DNA from: a virus
DNA length: 64,000 bases
Reading direction: 5' to 3' (one strand)
IMG/VR virus record: IMGVR_UViG_3300042464_000191
Coordinates: 7,624 to 71,623 of that record
Of the stretch, positions 17,231-27,630 are shown in pieces; the stretch's first letter is position 1; every line of letters begins with the position of its first letter. A program made the position numbers and the translations under genes. Under the pieces are notes generated by a model, which was given only the letters and a program-made list of their open reading frames with translations, made no database searches and had not been told where the DNA came from.

Positions 17231-20200
17231 TTAGCCTGCACTTATGGTTAATGTAACGTATTGTGCAAATCCGGGTACGAACGCATCTATTCCCTGACCT
17301 ACGGTGTGTAGGATGTCATTATGGAAAAAGTAAAAAGCATCGTATTTTCCAGTTGTGTTTTCAGTGCCTAAATTGATATTAGTTACTAATCCGGCCTCTA
17401 TAGCCCCAACGCCACCTCTTTGGCTACTAGAAGTAACTCTTATTGGGCCACTTGTTCTTTCTAATGGGCCAGCATCTGTGGCTAATTTATCCCAAATTAT
17501 ACCATTTAGAATCAAAATAGAGGCACTTTCTCCACCTTCTCCAGAGTTTGGAATAGATAATAAATATCCATATTGATTTTGATTATCTACCTTTTGAACT
17601 GTAGCAAAATCTGATGGCATAAATCCTTCGCCACGATTAGTAAATGTGAAGCTAGTAATGCCACCACCGCTAGCAATGCCAGTTATTTTAATTTTGACAC
17701 CCTTGGCAAGTTCTAGTTCTTCATTTGCCACAAACCCTTTACCAGCTTTAACTACCACTTTATTATCCGACAAGCCGATTGACCTCTTATAGTATCTAAA
17801 TCCACCCATAGTTAAGAGTTGTCCTCTTCTGATTGGATTTATTCTCCATTCATTTACCGGTCTTAGTGCTTTATTGTTGCATCCAAATCTATTTACAACA
17901 GCGTCAAGAGGAATAACTTTATTATCTATTGATGTGTCAGACGGATGACCAAAAGTTGGGACTCTAAAATCAACAGGGGTTTGTTGAACATCTACTTGTC
18001 TTTCATATTTATAATTGTTTAATACTGACACATTTTCTGGTTTTTCCCAATTTGGAATTCTCTCTCCAGCATTGAGAGTCTTAGTAAGAATAGTGTTAGG
18101 ATCGCCACTGCTTACGATAGGATTGAAATGCAGAACAGAAAAATATCTACCATCATAGATTGTCTGATCATCGGGCCACTGATCAAATATTCTAACATGT
18201 AAAGCAGTTGTTCCAAAACTATTGTATTTGTCATCTGATGAACCCCACTGTGGACTAGAATTAACCCTACTAGGAGTAGATGGACCTACCCATCCAATTC
18301 CTCCACCAATTGGCAGAATAGTTACTCCACCAGTTTGACCACCACTTACTGTTGATTTAGCTGGTAATCCAAAATATTGATCAACAGTTAAAACAATAGA
18401 ACCAAAAGCAGAAAACTTATTTTTAGCAGCAATGATACCAACAAAATTAGACTTATAATCAAAACCGCTAGTATCTGCTGCTGGTAATACATCTAGAGGA
18501 AATCCGATAGGACCAGAAGCATTATATTTTGTATCTGGGCCTATTTTTGGAAAACTACTTTCTCTATTAGTCATATTGCCCCAAGCTGGACCAGTAACAC
18601 CTTCTCTAAGATAAGATTTGAATGCATTTTTAAGTTCATCCCATTCTTTTGATGCTGTTGTTGGGGTATAATCATGGGTAGTAAATTCTACCTGTAATGG
18701 AGAAAATTGAATTTTTGATGGCTGGGTCGGACTCAATCCGTATACGTTACCACTATCTTGTACCTTATAAAGCCAATGATATCTTTGATTTGATAGTAAA
18801 AAATCACGACAAGCATCCATCATGTTGACAGAGCCTACATTTTTAAATGATGAAACCCACTCTATAGGAGAACTAGATAATCCACTTAAAGATCCGTTTA
18901 TTCCTATCTCGGCTGGAAGCTGTAATAGATTAGCCTCGGTTTCGGCGCTATCAAACATTTTGTATCTAGATAATCCATTCTCGGCATCGTCTTTCGATAA
19001 AATTTTTGACCCATCATTTGATTTAACAAACACGCCCTCTACCGATGCTTTCATTGGCCGAACTTTTTTAAGTGCTTGAGTTTGTTGAGAACCAAATCCG
19101 TCTGGAAATAATGGTCCCCAAAAGATTGGTAAATTATCTACATAAATAAAACCATCAGAAGCATCCGGTTCACCATTGGTTTCATATGCTACATTGGTTC
19201 TACCAAGAAAATTGGTGGAACTAGTACCACCCATATGATTACCAACTTGATCAAATGCACTGCTTTGTACATATCCATCGCTAGTTTCAAAGTCATACGA
19301 AGTTTCGCTAGGTGTAGAAGCTCTTAAAGCTTCAACCTCGTCAGTTTCATCGAATGTATACTTTGGCTTATCTGGTTTTTCAGAAGGAGTATATAGATTA
19401 AGTTGTGCGATTTTACCAAGATCATTCATAGACTCTGTGGTTAAAAATGTCTTGTATGGGTCACTTAACTGTGGGACATTACCAAATGGATACATATGTC
19501 TATAGTATCTAGTTCTGCTAATAGTTTCATATTTATCTGGAGTATATAATGTTATGTATCTATTATTGTCATTGTCAAATCGTTTATCTCTGAAGAAAGA
19601 ATCAGAATTAACCAAGAACTTATTAAATGACCATTTTCCAACTTTGATGGATGTGTTCAACTTAGTTTCAGCTATGTCGAAACCCTGTATAATCCATTCG
19701 CTATCAATTAGGCTACACATAACCGTGTCACCCTTTTTAAATGATCTTGGCGCTCTGTTGACAACTCTAATGCGTTCTTTCTTTTCTGTTTCTTTGATGG
19801 TATTTGGGCCAAAAGTGTGTGGATTTCCACCATGAACAGTCATTGGTAAGGCTATGCCTGTTTTAAATTGACCCATATAATTAGTAGATTCTACATTGAA
19901 TATTTCATCATTAGAAATACTGTCTATTCCATCATAGTTTACAGAATTGACAAGCTTGGCAGCATCTATATCAGTTAATAGTTTAGCTAAAATTTGCTGC
20001 GATCCAGATTCCCAGCATCCTAATGCCCTATTATATGAGACTCTAAGTGGGCCTGTTATGTCATTAAGTGGATTACTATTGTCATCTTGTGCTGGCTTGG
20101 CAATAATACCTATACCAGAAGACATTACATCTTGAGTCTCTTGCCAACCGTATTTTCTACCCGTTGGAAGCCTAGGTATATCTGTAATAACAGGTGCGCC

Positions 20201-20707
20201 CTTGACAGTGATAACTCTTTCATTCTTGTTGTCTTCTTTATTTTTTAAAAACAGATGTACTATAGGGGTTCTTTCAGAACCAAATATGCTAACCGTTGGC
20301 CTAAAAGTAATGCATCCAGATAAACTGTTTTGCACACTTGCTACAATATCAGAAATAGTCTCATCTTCTAGTTGACCAGACTGTATCTGATCATTACCAT
20401 CTATGACTTCTGTCAGAGTTTTTCCAAGCAAAAAATCATTGCTAGACAAAGAGTATGAGTTATTATTTAAATCAAATAATATGATAGATGGCTCTTCAGC
20501 AAAAGATGAGGCTCCGGTTAAAGAGTCTATTGCTTGATCTGGATTCCCAAAGTATGCTTCTAGTTCTTTTTTATTACTCTCTATATACTCTTTGAGTGAA
20601 TTTTGGGTAAAATAGCTTAACCCAATATCTTCAAAAGCCTCGTCTTTCACGAAGAAAGAGTGGTAATCCGCACCAGAATGATTTAATAATCCTTTAAATG
20701 TTGCCAT
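17231..20707 (-). CDS. Putative tail tip/baseplate protein
   Basis: 1158-aa ORF downstream of the tape measure gene; C-terminal V..AGKGF...GGITSFTFTNRGEGF repeats typical of tail proteins. Confidence 0.6.
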   Translation of the reverse strand: MATFKGLLNHSGADYHSFFVKDEAFEDIGLSYFTQNSLKEYIESNKKELEAYFGNPDQAIDSLTGASSFAEEPSIILFDLNNNSYSLSSNDFLLGKTLTEVIDGNDQIQSGQLEDETISDIVASVQNSLSGCITFRPTVSIFGSERTPIVHLFLKNKEDNKNERVITVKGAPVITDIPRLPTGRKYGWQETQDVMSSGIGIIAKPAQDDNSNPLNDITGPLRVSYNRALGCWESGSQQILAKLLTDIDAAKLVNSVNYDGIDSISNDEIFNVESTNYMGQFKTGIALPMTVHGGNPHTFGPNTIKETEKKERIRVVNRAPRSFKKGDTVMCSLIDSEWIIQGFDIAETKLNTSIKVGKWSFNKFLVNSDSFFRDKRFDNDNNRYITLYTPDKYETISRTRYYRHMYPFGNVPQLSDPYKTFLTTESMNDLGKIAQLNLYTPSEKPDKPKYTFDETDEVEALRASTPSETSYDFETSDGYVQSSAFDQVGNHMGGTSSTNFLGRTNVAYETNGEPDASDGFIYVDNLPIFWGPLFPDGFGSQQTQALKKVRPMKASVEGVFVKSNDGSKILSKDDAENGLSRYKMFDSAETEANLLQLPAEIGINGSLSGLSSSPIEWVSSFKNVGSVNMMDACRDFLLSNQRYHWLYKVQDSGNVYGLSPTQPSKIQFSPLQVEFTTHDYTPTTASKEWDELKNAFKSYLREGVTGPAWGNMTNRESSFPKIGPDTKYNASGPIGFPLDVLPAADTSGFDYKSNFVGIIAAKNKFSAFGSIVLTVDQYFGLPAKSTVSGGQTGGVTILPIGGGIGWVGPSTPSRVNSSPQWGSSDDKYNSFGTTALHVRIFDQWPDDQTIYDGRYFSVLHFNPIVSSGDPNTILTKTLNAGERIPNWEKPENVSVLNNYKYERQVDVQQTPVDFRVPTFGHPSDTSIDNKVIPLDAVVNRFGCNNKALRPVNEWRINPIRRGQLLTMGGFRYYKRSIGLSDNKVVVKAGKGFVANEELELAKGVKIKITGIASGGGITSFTFTNRGEGFMPSDFATVQKVDNQNQYGYLLSIPNSGEGGESASILILNGIIWDKLATDAGPLERTSGPIRVTSSSQRGGVGAIEAGLVTNINLGTENTTGKYDAFYFFHNDILHTVGQGIDAFVPGFAQYVTLTISAG

Positions 20708-20709
20708 TT

Positions 20710-23700
20710 TTATCCTTCATATAGTGAGATATCTAATTGAGAAAAGTCTTCGTCATCTTGTTTTTGATAAATCTCTTGTTTAGCTTTGATAAATGCCGGA
20801 TGCTTATGCGACATATTGTGATGATAATAATCTAATGATGCTGGTGTTTGATTATCTGATAGTGCGCTTCCAGCAGAATTATAATAGTTAACAGCGGCTT
20901 GCATTTTGGTAGCAAAGTTTTGAGCAGCTATGCCAAGACTTTCTTGAGACTGCATAGCCATTTCTACCCCATATTTTTTAACCTGTACTTCGGTTGAGAG
21001 TGTACTACTATACATATCCTTGTCTTGTTTTTTAACAGATGCTACAACGTATGTTGGAGTTAAAGCTCTTGATTGAAGATCATTGTATAAAGCCAAAGCG
21101 TCCTCAGATGCCTTGATGGCGTTGTTCATATCTTCTATCATTTTATGATAGTTCTCTGATCTCTGATTTTTCCCCATATTCTTACGAATAAGAGAGTTTC
21201 TCTCGTCTTTTAACTTTTGCCTTTCTCTACTCGCTTTAGAAATTTCATCAGCTTTTTGTTTCTGGAGTTTACCAAAACTAGATGTATATAATTCTAGCTG
21301 ATATGTGCTTCGTATTCCATTCTCAGAAATATCTACATTAATATTTGTAATTAATGGACCATTATTTAATAATGCCTTACCTAATGAAACACCGGATGGT
21401 TCTGCTGGTACTGTAAATCCGCCCCTCTCTGCAAATAATAATAAGCTATTTGAGAAAGCGGCTTGTAAATTACCAGCCTCATTCATACCCTTGTATCCAG
21501 CATAATTCCAAGGTGCTAGATTTTCATCTTTAATAAACTCTATTCTTCCACCAATATTAGCATATGCTGTAGCTTGGACATCGCCAACTCTACTAATAGA
21601 TGTATCTGGATCTTGTCGATCAATTTGCGATGAAATCCAAGGCCCATAACACCTTTCTTTTGACATTAGCGGTATGGCTACTAAGTCAGGATACACAGGA
21701 GATGGCATAGCCATATTTATTTGTTGTGGAAATGCAAATGATAGAGTATCAAGAACTTTCTGATAAGCTAAATTAGCATTGAATTTAGCGTCATCACTGA
21801 CACCATTGTACTTTGCTAATAAATTGGTATACTCTGCTGGATCTGCATCATTTTTATATGGAGGTGTTGAAAATTCATTCAGCCCCTTAACAACGTCCAT
21901 ACTTAATAAGTGTTTCAATGCTTCTGCATTAGCATTTTGAAAAGGACCGTCTCTAAATCTGGCATCTTGTATCGGTATGACTCTTCCCGGTAAAGTGATA
22001 AGAGCATATACATGATCTGTATCAAGGTATTCCAAAGATGATTCTATGATTCCGCTAGATAATCCAAGATTAGCATCTGACCTTACACTACCATCTGTAG
22101 AGACATCAAATTTACGTTTGAAATCTAATACAGTGGCGGTAGTTGATCCAGTATCACCAGAAGCATTTGGCACCCAATGGGCTTTATAGTATGGAATAGC
22201 GTCAACCATTTGTCCGGTATTTTTGTCTAAAATTTTGTTTGGTTTGACAATTTTACCAATATCTTTGATTTCTATACCATATACTTTCATTTCTCTAGAA
22301 ACGGTTTGTGGAGGCATATATAATTTTTCATCCACCTGACACTTAACAAATGCCATCGTATCTGGTTTTTTATTTTGTTCGTCTTCATCGTCTTCGCTTG
22401 GCGGCTTGGGAAAACTAGTGAACTCATTACCTGCTGCCGTTGTATTGTCTAAATTTTCTGCAATATCTGGTATTAAGAAGTTGCCGTTTATTTCTTGCTG
22501 AGTAAAGTTGTCATTATTCATAGTGTCAAAAGCTAATTTTTGACTATGATCAAACCTTACATACGCATTTACTCTTCCATTTTCATTTATAAAGTTCGTT
22601 AGATCTAGAGGAATAATTCCCTGTTTAATTCCCAGAGGAAGGTTATCAAACCCCTCCGACTGAACAGCGTTTTGCTTACTCTTTGGTAATAAATTGGATA
22701 GTAGATCAAAATTAAAAAATCCACCATAATTTACTGGCTCATAGTTAAATTCATATTGATCGGCTATAGGATTAAAGTTTACTCTAAGCGCGCCGGTAAA
22801 ATCATCTAGAGTTTCGGCATGATCTTCCACCAAAAATGATCTTATTGAGTTATCTTGGATACTAGATCTTGCATCTCGTTTTTCTCTATAAAATTCTGAT
22901 GAGAATTCATATCCAACGCCGGAATTTGCTGGCCTAGGTTTAAATCCAAATGGACCGAATTCATATTCTCCAGAATCCTCCGAGTCTTTGAACCCAATTT
23001 TATTTCTATGCCATAGGTTAACATGTTTTGGTATTTTGACTAAGAATTTTTTACCAAGACATTCTTCTGCTACGTTCTTTACAAAATTATAAACTCGTAA
23101 CGCATTTTCTGTAGCTTTTTTGGCAGTTCTAGGTAAAGATGATAGTTGCTTAGTTATGCCCTCAAATTGCTCCTCCACAAAACCTATAACATCTGCTGTG
23201 GATATATCATTATTAGCTAATACGCCTTCAACATATTCTATGATTTGCTTCTCAATTGGCGAGTCTATATCTAATTGAGATTTAATTTGAGTCCACTGAT
23301 TATTCAGTAGTATTTTTACATCTTGTTCGTTTGCAGCATTTTTTATCTTGGCTAAATTGGTAATAATTTGGGTATATTTATTAGAAACATTTGTTAAACC
23401 AGCCTCTGGAATACCTATCTTAGTAGCTCTCTTATAATAAAGAGGATATCCATACGGTGGATTGCAGGCGCTCTTTGGTAAGCCATCGTCACCATATGGT
23501 GCTTCTTGATTATCAGTTGGGAATACAGATCGCGGTACAGTTACTGCATAATGATTAGATATATCTTCTATGGGCCAATCTTCTAAACCAGCTAACGGAG
23601 TAGCGGCTAATGCTGAACCTTCTATAGCGTCATCTGTTTCGATAGATTCAAGATATGCATCATTGTATCTTACTAAAAAGTCTTTCCATCTTTCAAATGA

Positions 23701-25557
23701 TATCAATGCGCATCTTAATTCCATTTCCGTTGCAACATAATATTGACCAACACCATTAGCATTAACATTGCTAGCATCCAATAATATCTGTTGGTACGCT
23801 CCGAAGCCTTTTGGAATAGTTACTGCGTCTTTACCAATTTTTCCATAATATGGCAATATTTGTTGTTCTAGCGAAGTTTCTAATTTCCATTGTCTTCCAA
23901 GGTCTAGATCGCTTGTTTGACCGCTTCTTTGTTTTCTGATTTCAAGACTATCTCTATCATTATTAGATGAGAAATAATACATGTCAATCTCTTGCCCACC
24001 AACAATAAATTTGTCAGTAGTAACATTGGACAATTCAAAGCCTAAGTCTCTATTCTCAACATATACGCCGCTACTTGCTAAACCTTCTACGAACGACTTT
24101 ATCGCTCCATAATTTGGTTGCTTGGTTCTGTCTATTGTATCTAATCTTATGATACCGGCGACCAACTTCTCCTTATCATTATTAGCAATTTGTTCTTTAT
24201 TCCAAGTGTATAAAAATTGACAAGAAGGATGATCTATGATCGGTAATAACGTCACAAATAAATCTCTACTTGTTATATCACAAATTTCTAATGCTAAATC
24301 AAGTAGTGATATTTGATCAAAATCTAGATAATAGAATTTGGGTAGTTTTGGTAAACCGCCAAGATCAACTACATAATGAAAACCACGAAAATTGATGAAG
24401 CCACCAAATCCCATTTCTTCATATTCTTCTGGTAAAATACCATCAAATTTAAATAATGATCTAAGAGCTTGATTTACTCTATAATAAGGTATGCCTTGAC
24501 TGCACCTTCTAGCAAAGCCTGTGCCAGTGATTGGAAACTTTGGTGGCAATTCTGTTGCGCTTGGATCTTGTAAATTATCGTCTGAATCAGAAGATGGTGT
24601 AAAGAATTCATCATATCCAAGGTCTTCATCAACAATAGCTCCGGTGGTTGGGTTAACACCGGAAAACAATACTTGACCATTCGCTTGGACGAATCTTTGA
24701 ACTATTCCACTTTCTGGATAGTGTCCAGTTAATTCATCAGTAGTAGCATCTGTGGGGTTGTACTCTAAAAAGCCATAAATATTATACATGTTGTTATTAT
24801 TGTATGTGGTGCCAGCGTAATTGTTAAGCACCAAAACAACATTGGATAAAATTTCTCTTGGGTCAATTACTTGAACAGAGTACAATGGGTCGCCCGCTGG
24901 ACTTCTATTTTCTACAACTGACTGAAGAATACCTCCAAATACTAAGTGATTTCTTCCCCTATCTGGACCAGTAACTACACTAGTATAGTCTTTAATTTTC
25001 TTAGAGGCTAAATCTACATATTGATTATTACCAATAGAAGTGAAATTATCTATATTGAAATCACCAGCATCAGTTGGTTGATTTGTGCCTTGATCTGTTC
25101 CTCCAGATGGTCCACCTCCACTATCGCTATCATCGGAGCCAACCAAGCTATTAACACCATATAAATCATCAAAAGTTTGTAAATAGGCTTCTTGAACCGT
25201 TGCAAAATTCTTGCCAAATTTAAAAAATACCGGCGCTCCCATGATGGGAGGAACAAATGTGTCTCTGAATCCAGCGTGATAAACATCATCACCCGTACCT
25301 TGGCCGGTTTCATCTGACTTATTGTATTCATCATTAACTAGATCAATACTTAGGGTTGAGCTTGTATCTCCAAAGCCGCCATTCATATTAAAATTACGAA
25401 TAGAAGCCCCAAGAAAAGTCTGTTGTGCAAAACCTCTAGCATCTGTTGTCCATCCAGCACTAGAAAAGCTAGTTGGAATAGCACCACTGTTGGGCCAAGT
25501 TTCTCCAAAGTATCCAGATGCTGGAACTATTGAATGCTCACCAAGAACTATGGTCAT
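20710..25557 (-). CDS. Putative baseplate hub/central tail protein
   Basis: 1615-aa ORF; FLGASIRNFN..GFG..STLSIDLV N-terminus and ITNINVDISENGIRSTY plus coiled-coil C-terminus; genomic position. Confidence 0.6.
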   Translation of the reverse strand: MTIVLGEHSIVPASGYFGETWPNSGAIPTSFSSAGWTTDARGFAQQTFLGASIRNFNMNGGFGDTSSTLSIDLVNDEYNKSDETGQGTGDDVYHAGFRDTFVPPIMGAPVFFKFGKNFATVQEAYLQTFDDLYGVNSLVGSDDSDSGGGPSGGTDQGTNQPTDAGDFNIDNFTSIGNNQYVDLASKKIKDYTSVVTGPDRGRNHLVFGGILQSVVENRSPAGDPLYSVQVIDPREILSNVVLVLNNYAGTTYNNNNMYNIYGFLEYNPTDATTDELTGHYPESGIVQRFVQANGQVLFSGVNPTTGAIVDEDLGYDEFFTPSSDSDDNLQDPSATELPPKFPITGTGFARRCSQGIPYYRVNQALRSLFKFDGILPEEYEEMGFGGFINFRGFHYVVDLGGLPKLPKFYYLDFDQISLLDLALEICDITSRDLFVTLLPIIDHPSCQFLYTWNKEQIANNDKEKLVAGIIRLDTIDRTKQPNYGAIKSFVEGLASSGVYVENRDLGFELSNVTTDKFIVGGQEIDMYYFSSNNDRDSLEIRKQRSGQTSDLDLGRQWKLETSLEQQILPYYGKIGKDAVTIPKGFGAYQQILLDASNVNANGVGQYYVATEMELRCALISFERWKDFLVRYNDAYLESIETDDAIEGSALAATPLAGLEDWPIEDISNHYAVTVPRSVFPTDNQEAPYGDDGLPKSACNPPYGYPLYYKRATKIGIPEAGLTNVSNKYTQIITNLAKIKNAANEQDVKILLNNQWTQIKSQLDIDSPIEKQIIEYVEGVLANNDISTADVIGFVEEQFEGITKQLSSLPRTAKKATENALRVYNFVKNVAEECLGKKFLVKIPKHVNLWHRNKIGFKDSEDSGEYEFGPFGFKPRPANSGVGYEFSSEFYREKRDARSSIQDNSIRSFLVEDHAETLDDFTGALRVNFNPIADQYEFNYEPVNYGGFFNFDLLSNLLPKSKQNAVQSEGFDNLPLGIKQGIIPLDLTNFINENGRVNAYVRFDHSQKLAFDTMNNDNFTQQEINGNFLIPDIAENLDNTTAAGNEFTSFPKPPSEDDEDEQNKKPDTMAFVKCQVDEKLYMPPQTVSREMKVYGIEIKDIGKIVKPNKILDKNTGQMVDAIPYYKAHWVPNASGDTGSTTATVLDFKRKFDVSTDGSVRSDANLGLSSGIIESSLEYLDTDHVYALITLPGRVIPIQDARFRDGPFQNANAEALKHLLSMDVVKGLNEFSTPPYKNDADPAEYTNLLAKYNGVSDDAKFNANLAYQKVLDTLSFAFPQQINMAMPSPVYPDLVAIPLMSKERCYGPWISSQIDRQDPDTSISRVGDVQATAYANIGGRIEFIKDENLAPWNYAGYKGMNEAGNLQAAFSNSLLLFAERGGFTVPAEPSGVSLGKALLNNGPLITNINVDISENGIRSTYQLELYTSSFGKLQKQKADEISKASRERQKLKDERNSLIRKNMGKNQRSENYHKMIEDMNNAIKASEDALALYNDLQSRALTPTYVVASVKKQDKDMYSSTLSTEVQVKKYGVEMAMQSQESLGIAAQNFATKMQAAVNYYNSAGSALSDNQTPASLDYYHHNMSHKHPAFIKAKQEIYQKQDDEDFSQLDISLYEG

Positions 25558-25958
25558 GGTTGTCCTCCGGTGTCATCTTCTTCTTGAAATTGATCTCTGT
25601 ATTGTTTGCTATATATGTTGAATTTATCAGCAACTTCGTTGAACTGTGTAGAAAAATCTATTTTGAATGGCATACCGCCATTATCAATATAGTGTATGTA
25701 TGGGTTAAAAATATCTATCCCAATAACAGCATTGTCCCTAGATCTCTTTGCATTAGATAATTTGTCATTTTGTAAAAACTCTAAACCGCTAGGTTCAATA
25801 ATAGATGTCGATGCAACGACTGATGTATTAAATGTTGGAACTTGCAAAAAATCAAAATAATTTGCTTCACCAGAAGCCACAATGCTAACTGGTCTAGTGA
25901 TACTGATGTGGCTTCCACTTTCAATCGGAGTCAGTGGTCTATAAAGAGTATTATCCAT
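25554..25958 (-). CDS. Hypothetical virion-associated protein
   Basis: 134-aa ORF in the coupled operon. Confidence 0.6.
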   Translation of the reverse strand: MDNTLYRPLTPIESGSHISITRPVSIVASGEANYFDFLQVPTFNTSVVASTSIIEPSGLEFLQNDKLSNAKRSRDNAVIGIDIFNPYIHYIDNGGMPFKIDFSTQFNEVADKFNIYSKQYRDQFQEEDDTGGQP

Positions 25959-25959
25959 A

Positions 25960-27630
25960 TTAATGATCCAATTCGTATGTCCAACTTAAATTAATACTAT
26001 ATCTTCCCTCTTTTGGTGTCCAGCTTTCGCTTGGTGGATTAAGAAAATACTTTCTAACTCCCGGCTCGTATGCTGGACTCAACTGTTTGATTAAAGTATT
26101 TAGCTGTGATCTAATTGGTTCTCTTAAACTTGGCTTAGATAATAGCAATGGGTTACGACCACTAGAATATGGTACATCGGTGTAATCTAATAGAATTTCT
26201 ATACCAACGTCTCGTCTATATTCTGTTCTGCCTCCGATATATTGTAAAACTGGTCCGGTTGTTCTACCAAGAACTGGTATAATAGCAAATACGTCGCCGG
26301 GATAGGTATCATTAACATTGATGCTTTCAGATAGTACCCCGCTGATGAAATTAGTTGGACGATTATCAAATTCTACATTATATGTGATTTCGCCAGTAAA
26401 TTCATTCGTTGCTAAAGCTATAGACTTTGGTTGACTATTTAGAGTTGTATTTGCAGCATTACAGGCTCTTTTATAAATGTACGAGGTGATGCCATATGTT
26501 CCATTGTTACTTACTTCAAAGTATTTTGTTTTAGCGTTATCAAATGGGCTTGGTGTGCCAGTTGATGGAGTTATACCATTGTATAGACTTCCACTTGCTG
26601 GTATTACTGATAAGCCTTTGATGGTTCCATTGATACTAGCAGATATAAATGGACTGTCTATACTAGCATTAATAGATAGATTGTAATTCTCATAAGCAAT
26701 TCCACTAGTAAGCAACCATGTATCTGTGATGCTAAAAGTGCCAGCGGTTTTATCAATATTTTCGGTACGTGTGTGGTTGGTTGCCGAATATACGCCAGTT
26801 AAAGATATAACATAATCGGATAAAGAAACCCCTAAAGTATGATTAGGATATTTAGCATATCCGCCATTACTATCATTTTGTATAACCGATTTTTTAAGAA
26901 AGTTTCTAGCCTCAAGCCAGCCGTATAATCTACTGGTAGCAGCATTGCCACTTGGGATAAAACCGTCTCTCCCTGTAGCTGTCAAGTTTCTAGTTAATCT
27001 ATAGGTGCGTGGATTATGTGGCCCCAAATCTCCTCTAGTTTCTCCAATGCCCTCATCTACTTCCATAGACCAAGTTTCAGAAAAATCTTCCACCAATCCG
27101 CCAAATTCAGCAATTAATTCTATTTCTGTTTTGTTGCCAACATTATAGCCATCAGGCGCATATGAACTATCGATATAAACTTGATTGTTGTTTTTAAGAA
27201 TAGAATCTGCTCTGAGATTAACAGTATATCTACATAGATCTACATAAACACCTTCTTCGAATGAGATACTAACTAGCTTGGGATAAAATACTATCGGTGG
27301 AGTATTGGCTGGAGCAAATTCGAATCTAGATGCTTCTAGTGCAAATAATTCTCGCAAAGCATTTTGCTTGGCAAAAATAGATCCTAATCTTGGCAGATCA
27401 CCACCACCTCCGTAGCTAATAGTTTCGCCTAATGGTCTATTGTAATTATTGTGGTGCAAACCAGTAGAAAATGGTGAACCTTCATCTGCTAATATTGTTC
27501 CAGTTAATACAATATCATAAGATGAACCTAGTGTTCCGGTTTTATTTTTAATTGGTGTGCATGTTATAGACACAAGAGGTGTTGGTCGAATAACAGCCTG
27601 TAAACCATTACTTGTAGTAATTAATAGCAT
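25960..27630 (-). CDS. Putative distal tail/tail-tip protein
   Basis: 556-aa beta-rich ORF with repeated E(S/T)W..G.(Y/F)SI strands; genomic position. Confidence 0.55.
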   Translation of the reverse strand: MLLITTSNGLQAVIRPTPLVSITCTPIKNKTGTLGSSYDIVLTGTILADEGSPFSTGLHHNNYNRPLGETISYGGGGDLPRLGSIFAKQNALRELFALEASRFEFAPANTPPIVFYPKLVSISFEEGVYVDLCRYTVNLRADSILKNNNQVYIDSSYAPDGYNVGNKTEIELIAEFGGLVEDFSETWSMEVDEGIGETRGDLGPHNPRTYRLTRNLTATGRDGFIPSGNAATSRLYGWLEARNFLKKSVIQNDSNGGYAKYPNHTLGVSLSDYVISLTGVYSATNHTRTENIDKTAGTFSITDTWLLTSGIAYENYNLSINASIDSPFISASINGTIKGLSVIPASGSLYNGITPSTGTPSPFDNAKTKYFEVSNNGTYGITSYIYKRACNAANTTLNSQPKSIALATNEFTGEITYNVEFDNRPTNFISGVLSESINVNDTYPGDVFAIIPVLGRTTGPVLQYIGGRTEYRRDVGIEILLDYTDVPYSSGRNPLLLSKPSLREPIRSQLNTLIKQLSPAYEPGVRKYFLNPPSESWTPKEGRYSINLSWTYELDH